Assembly (NCBI RefSeq): GCF_001194135.2 | Contig: NC_068984.1 | Span: 128,056,381 to 128,113,234, forward strand | Origin: Octopus bimaculoides | Taxonomy: Eukaryota | Reading direction: 5' to 3' | DNA length: 56,854 nt | In this document: piece by piece, positions 50,801 through 56,854 of the stretch | How the letters are laid out: every line of letters starts with the position of its first letter | Position numbering within the stretch: position 1 is the stretch's first letter | Made by a program: the position numbers and the translations under genes | The notes under the pieces: generated by a model | The model's input: only the letters and a program-made list of their open reading frames with translations | Databases searched by the model: none | What the model was told of the DNA's origin: nothing

Positions 50801-53684
50801 AATTAGCCATTTCAGGCACTTCTGCCCAACAAAGAAAACTATCACTATTGTCAAAGCAAGTGTGAAGATGATGCCAGCTGCCAAGTCCAGTGTGCCAGGT
50901 ATACAAGCAATGGCACAAGACTGGGAGCTGAAAGTCAGCCTAGGAAAGCAGCTGAAGTTCCCAGAAACTATTGCCATAACATAATTTAGGTAAGATAGGG
51001 TGCTGATCTTGAAAGCATCCAAGCAAGTAGTCATGTTAGATCATTCCAGTCTGTTGGAGAACCAAACTGAGGAAGCAAATGGAGAGAATGAAATGTGCAA
51101 AGCTGGTTGGATTATGTTGAGACAAATGGATGGCAAGCAAGGTGTGATTCCATTGAGGTTGGGTTCAGCAGGTTTATGCAGGACAGTCATTTTGCCCAGA
51201 ATGCTAGGTATCACAGGGGTCACTAGGGAGAAGGCCACAAATTAGTTATGCAAGCAAGAGAAGTTGCTTTAAGGTAACCATAGATCAGGAGGAGTGGGTC
51301 CTGGACAGCGTGGTGCTAACCAGATAGAAGCTGGAGCTTGATCAGCCTTGGCTGGTTCACCTGGGTGAGGGTGTCTGATTATTGAAAGATTCAAAGCAAC
51401 CAATGACCCCCAGGAAACATTACTGACAATGTGTCCATATGCATTACAGGATAATGATGATGATCATCAGCATTTAACACCCATTTTCCATGCTGGCATG
51501 GGTTGGATGGTTTGACCAGGGCTGGTCAGCTGGGGAGCTGCCCTGGCTCCATGTCTGTCTTCGCATGGTTTCTATGGCTGGATGTCCTTCCTAATACCAA
51601 CCATTTAACAGAGTGTAGTGGATACTTTTACACAACACTGGTATGGGTGCTTTTTACATGGCACCAGTACCCATGGACCTACGAGATTAGGATTGCTTAG
51701 CTAAAGAGGGATGCATGGGAAATGCTTGTATGCAAGGACAACCACAATTTCACTTAGTTTGACATGTCTTCTCAAGCAAAGAAAACCACCAGAAGTCTCA
51801 GTCCCTTGTCTTCTCTGTGAGGCCCAACATCTGAAAATCCCTTCTCACTACTTTATCCCACACATCCCTCCACAATGAGAGATTGGCACTTTTTGATGCA
51901 ACTGTCTTCATTCATATGCATTACATGACCATACCAGTGCAGTCTTCTTTCTTGCACACTACATCTGATGCCTCATATTCCAAGTTTTTGTCTCAAAACA
52001 CATTCTGTTGTATATACACACTGACATTACCCACCCAGCAAAGCATACTGGCTTCATTTCTTTCAAGCCTTCAGATATCCTCAGTGGTCACAGCCCATGT
52101 CTCACTGCCATGTAGCATAGTTGTTCATACACACACAACATACAATCTGCCTTTCACTCTGAGAGAGAAGCCCTTCATTACTAACAGAGGTAACAGCTCT
52201 CTGCACTTTGCCCAGCCCATTCTTATTCTAGCAGCAATTCTTTCCAAACAACATCCACCACTGCTAACTTGGTCACCTAAATAATGAAAACTGTCTACTA
52301 CTCCTCAGGATGCCCATTGACATTAGAGTGAGTCTATTTTTTGTACATTCCTGGTGTTTAAAGTGCCTGCACATCTGAAACATGTAAAGACTGCTTTCTA
52401 TGGAAAAAATGATGCCAAATAAGATTGAAAGTTTTTTTGTCTTTCAGAATGATTCAGCTCTGGTGTTGAAAACATGTAATGGGCAAAAATTACTTGATTC
52501 CTGGGCAGCCACTTATCTTCCACAGAATAGTTCCCTATTCTTACTTATGCTACATACTTTTAGAACACTCCACTCTACAGCTGAATAAGTGACCTACATA
52601 ACAGAAAAAGTTAACTACAAAAGAACTTTCAAAGTCCATCTTTCCTCCATTTTCATCACCCACTATTCCCTATTCCTAGGAAGGTTGTGGAGATAGAGTC
52701 CTCAGGTACCTCCTCCATAGGGTCCTATCAGAAGCAATCATCATTAACTTTCCTGCAGGATTCCCAAACGTGACCAGCTGGTTCTTGGTCTACTCCTAGG
52801 GCTCCTGTTGGTTGGCTTGGCTTGAAGAATCCATCCTGTGATTCTTTCCTGTGACATTTTAACCACATATCCATAGTGATCTCCCAATGCAGATGAAAAC
52901 TTTACCAACAACAACTCCAATACATTGTTCCATTCAAAATTCTTCTATCTGCTTTCCTGAAATTGCACTGCATTTTTTCTGTACCTACAGTTCACATTGA
53001 ATACACTGCATGCAATGCCTACTTACATTTTTTATATGTATCAAGCATAGCCATATGGCAGTAAAGGCCTTTCTTTCCTTCTTGAAAGATAAAACAATAT
53101 TTTTCTTTGCTACGTTCAGCAATGAGAACTAAATCATCGGCATACAGAAATTCCTATGAACAATCAGTTTTAAACACTTTGACAAGTTTTAAATACTTGA
53201 GAGTAATAGAAATAAAATTACATGAGAACACTGCTCATATAACAAGGGTGGAGCAGATGATAACCAAACATGTATACAGTCAATATCTTATCTAATATAT
53301 GCAAACAAAGGCCATGTGACTGATTTTTAAGCCTTGATGCACAGACACATTAAAAAACAATAGCATACCAAGTTATTTCCTTTCTCTCAGTTTCTGTCTC
53401 TCTCTACAATACTCAAACCACAACTCTGATAGGACACAAATTCGAAATACTAAAGAAGAGAGACAAATACATCACTGTAAATCTTCAGGCAGAACATATG
53501 CACTCTGCACACCACATCACTGAAGACAGCTAGACAGTCCACTCTGTCTCTGTAAAACTTCAATAACCTTGTTCAAAATATGTTGAAAAGAACTAGTTTA
53601 CCTGTGCATTCTCTTTTCACAGTTCAATTTAACTTGGGTAACTTGATCTGGGGTAAGGGTAACAGAACTGAGCACATTGTGTAA
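38253..53684 (-). CDS. HEMK1: HemK/PrmC-family release-factor glutamine N5-methyltransferase (HEMK1/MTQ1-like), spliced, 5' partial; 8 exons: 53602-53684, 49962-50055, 48622-48744, 44597-44711, 41975-42077, 40971-41066, 39649-39762, 38253-38304
   Basis: The exons join in frame (780 nt = 259 aa + stop) and all junctions are GT-AG. The product has the HemK motifs R-x-P-x-QYI-x-GEWDF, [12 protein letters not shown]-binding LEIGCGSG, D-x-x-VSNPPY, YED-x-x-AL-x-GG-x-DG and WLEVD. Confidence 0.95.
38616..39027 (+). mobile_element. tRNA-derived SINE family A, full length (HEMK1 last intron)
   Basis: A-box/B-box head GGCGCAGGAGTGGCTGTGTGG..GGTTCAGTCCC, CORE-like CTTGGGCAAGTG, internal microsatellite; more than 12 relatives in the window. 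Confidence 0.85.
39243..39615 (+). mobile_element. piggyBac-like MITE (TTAACCCTT...GGATTAA) containing a short RTE 3' insertion; inverted relative at 45420-45592
   Basis: TTAA/CCC ends; internal sequence shared in reverse orientation with 45420-45592. Confidence 0.5.
39649..39762 (-). CDS. HEMK1: HEMK1 exon ([37 protein letters not shown])
   Basis: WLEVD and DYSGR motifs; acceptor ttttattttcAG, donor GTTAGT. Confidence 0.93.
40971..41066 (-). CDS. HEMK1: HEMK1 exon ([31 protein letters not shown])
   Basis: YED..AL.GG.DG motif; acceptor ttttgtcAG, donor GTTAGT; phase 2 at both ends. Confidence 0.95.
41454..41640 (+). mobile_element. tRNA-derived SINE family C (inverted relative at 25065-25265)
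   Basis: GGAGGCGCAATGGCCCAGTGG..GGTTTCGATTCCC head; mutual match. Confidence 0.8.
41975..42077 (-). CDS. HEMK1: HEMK1 exon with NPPY ([33 protein letters not shown])
   Basis: Catalytic NPPY motif; acceptor tttgttttgcAG, donor GTAAGT. Absent from the ORF track. Confidence 0.97.
42325..42975 (-). mobile_element. Three consecutive copies of tRNA-derived SINE family B
   Basis: Three GGATGAAAGG(C/T)AAAGTCGACCTC..AACTC(A/G)GAA blocks at about 42425, 42645 and 42870. Confidence 0.85.
43582..43905 (-). mobile_element. tRNA-derived SINE family D with 17-bp TSD
   Basis: tRNA-like head (TGGCTCAGTGG..GAGTTCGAATCC); TSD ACCAGACGATCT(G/A)CTGA at 43565-43581 and 43906-43922. Relatives at 9480-9812, 47545-47878, 41207-41450. 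Confidence 0.85.
44597..44711 (-). CDS. HEMK1: HEMK1 exon ([38 protein letters not shown])
   Basis: Acidic motif II (ATDIS) plus ENA..RI; acceptor tgtttccAG, donor GTAAAC, phase 1. Confidence 0.93.
44985..45410 (-). mobile_element. SINE family A
   Basis: Reverse-complement match. Confidence 0.75.
45615..46250 (+). mobile_element. SINE family A (gap inside)
   Basis: Head and tail matches flank the N run. Confidence 0.65.
46504..46770. mobile_element. piggyBac-like MITE
   Basis: TTAA-CCCATTACCT ... AGGTAATGGG-TTTAA. Confidence 0.6.
48622..48744 (-). CDS. HEMK1: HEMK1 exon with SAM-binding motif I (QLVGHIL...[22 protein letters not shown])
   Basis: GxGxG motif; acceptor gtctttcAG, donor GTAACT; phase 0 at both ends. 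Confidence 0.96.
49062..49357 (-). mobile_element. SINE family A, partial
   Basis: Reverse-complement match. Confidence 0.7.
49962..50055 (-). CDS. HEMK1: HEMK1 exon ([31 protein letters not shown])
   Basis: Signature HemK motif; acceptor tctatttcAG, donor GTTTTA. Absent from the ORF track. Confidence 0.96.
50810..51300 (+). mobile_element. Hero-like (R2-superfamily, restriction-like endonuclease) non-LTR remnant
   Basis: [50 protein letters not shown] across stops and frameshifts. Confidence 0.65.
51465..52310 (-). mobile_element. Diverged RTE LINE fragment in a HEMK1 intron
   Basis: 3' UTR/tail at 51465-51530; RT remnant matching 33617-33657. Confidence 0.65.
53602..53684 (-). CDS. HEMK1: HEMK1 exon ([28 protein letters not shown])
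   Basis: Acceptor ctctcaacAG and donor GTAAAC; ends in phase 2, matching the next exon (AG|A = Arg before IPLQY). Confidence 0.85.
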
Positions 53685-53809
53685 CTGTTGAGAGAATAAA
53701 GGAATTAGGATGAAGGCAAACACAACAAGGCACACTAAGCAACACAGCTGGATATAAACAGCAACACAACTATACATACAAGTATACATAACAGGACATA
53801 AAAAACTAA

Positions 53810-54050
53810 TTAAGTTGGACAAGTAATACAACTGGACAAAGTAATCAAGCAGAATGGGCAACATGATATAGCTGGACGAAATAATGTAGCTAGATAGAGT
53901 AAGTAATAAAGCTGAGAAAAGTAATGGAACTGGACAGAGTAATGTAGCTAGATATACAAAATAATGTAGCTGGAGAGACAAAATAATGTAGCTGGACAAA
54001 CAAAGAAACATATCTGGACATACAAAGTAGGGCAGTTGAACAGATAAAGC
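53810..54050. repeat. Degenerate minisatellite (about 19-23-bp unit, AGCTGGACAAAGTAATGT-like)
   Basis: Repeated AGCT(G/A)GA..TAATGT units. Confidence 0.65.
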
Positions 54051-54387
54051 AATAGAACTATATGTAATACTTAGTGAGAAGAATCAGAAAAAATTTATTA
54101 AAACTTGTTGCATTTAAAATACAAATATTGCTTATTATCTTGATCAGAAAAATAATTTTCAAGGTGATGCTTCTATTTTTTGTTGTTGTTTTTTGGTGTT
54201 TATTAATGTGAAAAACCAGCCTGAGCTCTCAATTTAAGTGTCATCATTTGTTATCGGAATAAATTTAAATTGAGACCTGTGAAAATTGATATCAACGAAA
54301 ACTGATGTCTCATGAAAACTTTGACCCAAATTCCTGATTAAACAATAAAGGCTCTTTTTTAGGAATGCATGTAAATAAATCACTTCT

Positions 54388-54587
54388 TTAACCCTGAAAT
54401 ACACTGCCTTTGTTTCAGTTAATTTTGAAGAATTTAGTAAAAAAATCTTTGTTGTCAACAGCTCTTGTCTGGAACAGAAACTAATATAAAATTTTGAAGG
54501 AAGGTTTTAACGTAAATCCGTTTAAAACAGGAAGTGTGTATCACAGGACCAAGGGTGGTCTCAGATAGGTTGGTATCAAGAGGGTTA
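54388..54587 (+). mobile_element. piggyBac-like MITE (TTAACCCT...GGGGTTAA); relative at 39030-39240
   Basis: TTAA-flanked CCCT/GGGG ends; aligns with 39030-39240. Confidence 0.5.
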
Positions 54588-55569
54588 AAAGAATGTGATT
54601 TACCTGAAATTCATGCTGCATCAAATAAAGGCTCTTCGTTGGATAGTTTTAATTGGAAAGTGTTTATGAATAGATATGCAGTTGCATAATTCTGTTTAGT
54701 TCGGATCACAAATGGTCATGTGAGATTAACCTTTAGCAAATGGCATTTTCTCAAGAATTGTTTCCCCTCGCCATTGCTCTGTTACTACAAGGGGGAAAAT
54801 TCACAGTGACATGATGCACCTACAGTGTGCTAAAGGTTAACTGTTGCTAGGTCACTAAAGTATCAATATTTGACTGTAGAATATTCTGGAGATGCTCATC
54901 AATATAAAATATGTCACTTGGTATAGGACAGGTATGTATACAGTCATATCATGTAATCTTTTTTCTTGATCCCCAGGATTCATAAGGTTAGTTACCTAGT
55001 TTCCACGATGTACAAGTGACCAAAATCAAAGCATTCCCTTGAGGAATATATGCTTGTCTGTTGCAGGATTCAAGACCAGCAATTTTGGAGGGGAAGAAGC
55101 AAGTCTATTACATTAACCCTGCCTCCCCAGCACTTGCCTACTTTAATTTATCAACTCCAAAGCATGCTTGTCGCTAAGGGAGTGCATTGGACAGCACTGC
55201 CCCATCACTATTCAATGGTGCACCCTCAGATTTACAGTGATACACTTATTTCAAAACTCTACTTTAGCATTATTACAAATTAGTGCCCACCCAGAATATT
55301 CTAAAGCAACCCTAGGCACCAAAGTCTAGTGACAGGCCTGTCCTGAGGGGATGGAAGGCAAATTTGACCCCAGCAGGAGTGAAAGTCTCAATTCAACCAC
55401 CAGAAGGCACCAAAATAACAGTATGAGAGGAAACAGACAAAGAATTAAAAAGCATACCTATAAAGATTATGCCATTCATATGCTCATATACCATGGTTTT
55501 GGGTGTTGGCCAGAGGGCCTTAACCTTCCTCAGTATGAGTTAATGGGCAAAAAATTCCAAATCTGACAT

Positions 55570-55668
55570 GTTATTAATCCATTAGCACTTTGGCCAAAAA
55601 CCAGTAACATATGGTACACGTTATAAATCCATGAGCACTTTGGCCAAAAACCAGTAACATATGGTACA
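55570..55668. repeat. 50-bp tandem duplication
   Basis: Two near-identical units starting at 55571 and 55621. Confidence 0.85.
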
Positions 55669-56419
55669 AAATATTTGAATGTTTACATTCGAAATAAGAT
55701 GTTGACAGCAGTAACATAGGCAGTTCACAGGTTTAATAGCATTATAAGCTATAAAATATAAAATTAGCACAAAGCTTTATGAATGCAGTGAGCATCAACC
55801 TATTTAGAAATGAGAGCTAAGCTATTGTTAATACCATCTTTTCAAACTAAAAATATATGTTTTACTGATTGCTTAAATGGCAACAGACTTTTTCTTACAA
55901 GTATACATACAAAAGAATATACACAGAAAAGAAAAAAGAATATAAAAAATATTTAAAAAATTTTTTTTAAATAAATTAGAAAGAATAATATATATATATA
56001 TATATATATATATTATTCTTTCTATTTTTTGTAATATTTCTCTATTTTTTTTTTCGTCCTTGCTTTCCTATACATTTGCTGCTTTCTTCAAAGGAATCTA
56101 ATGCTCTTAGCTTAGTTTTTCCTTGGGGCTAGCCAGATTGGAGCAATCTCAAGTAGAACCAACCGAAATTGCAAATATAATCTGGAACTCGACTGAGGAT
56201 AGAAAACTCCAAATGACCCATCCTTGTTTTCCTTGTATCGTCTGTCTGGATGTTTTGTGTTCTTGTCCCATTTTTGTATACATTGGACTCCTCTGTTGGT
56301 GAAAAATTGCTCCAATACACCACGACATCTGAAGCTTTTGAACCTTTCATACCTTTTTTATACTTTCTAAACTTTTTTGTACTTTCTGCCTTTTCCTATT
56401 GTCGTTTCTACCTACACAT

Positions 56420-56845
56420 TCTTTATTTTCTTTACTTGTTTCTTTCTGTGGGCTTGAAACGTTAAAGACTTTTTCCCTTCCAGAGCGTTATACTAATACA
56501 TCTGTTTGTTGTCTACACTAGGGGTTTTCAAACTGTGGTCCGCGGACCACAGGGGGTCCGCAAAGACAAGACCATGGACAGCAAATACTTTTTATGGGCA
56601 ATTTGATTTTATATATGTTTTTTAATTGAAATCTTTTAATTGACAATAAACCTATTTGTTAAATACTGTTAAATAAATAAATGTAAAAATATATGTTATT
56701 TTAAGCAAATATTTATGTATAAATTTCATAAGCATTTATAAGGGGGTCCCTAAGGTAAAGCCTGAAATATAAAGGGGTCCGCAAGTCAAAAAGTTTGAAA
56801 ACCCCTGGTCTACACCACCTGTCTTCGTCTTTTGTTTTTTTGGGG
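56420..56845 (+). mobile_element. Second copy of the 3' part of the hammerhead-bearing element, split by a hAT MITE
   Basis: tctttctgt..ggcttgaaacgttaaagact..actaatacatctgtttgttg..cacctgtcttcgtcttttgttttt aligns with 24021-24130. Confidence 0.55.
56519..56807. mobile_element. Intact hAT-superfamily MITE
   Basis: 16-bp TIRs TAGGGGTTTTCAAACT / AGTTTGAAAACCCCTG and a perfect 8-bp TSD GTCTACAC (56511-56518, 56808-56815). Confidence 0.9.
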
Positions 56846-56854
56846 TGAGGCTTT

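Noticed and set aside
56112-56350. Possible HEMK1 first exon (ASDVVVYW / FFTNRGV)
   Set aside because: The resemblance needs a frameshift, there is no suitable donor, and the region abuts a repeat element.

Overview
This is eukaryotic, AT-rich, repeat-saturated genomic DNA with many N gaps. The SINE and RTE families and the microsatellite load suggest an octopod/coleoid cephalopod assembly (inference, not verified). Main gene: a minus-strand HEMK1/PrmC-type mitochondrial release-factor glutamine N5-methyltransferase. Eight coding exons between 53684 and 38253 splice in frame through GT-AG junctions into 259 aa with the GCGSG and NPPY motifs; the N-terminal exon was not found. A second, unidentified gene appears to end on the plus strand (candidate exons 18678/18686-18818 and 22675-22768), tail-to-tail with HEMK1. 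The rest is tRNA-derived SINEs, RTE/Tx1/CR1/Hero LINE remnants, a maT (DD37D) remnant, hAT/Tigger/piggyBac-like MITEs, foldbacks and micro/minisatellites. Most notable non-coding signals: a structurally complete minimal type I hammerhead ribozyme at 23813-23912, related variant hammerhead-like motifs at 24021 and 56441, an 88-bp near-perfect inverted repeat with a hammerhead-like loop, and an exact-period 47-bp degenerate array. Almost all ORFs in the supplied track are microsatellite, gap or TE artefacts. Repeat coordinates are approximate; exon coordinates were counted by hand.
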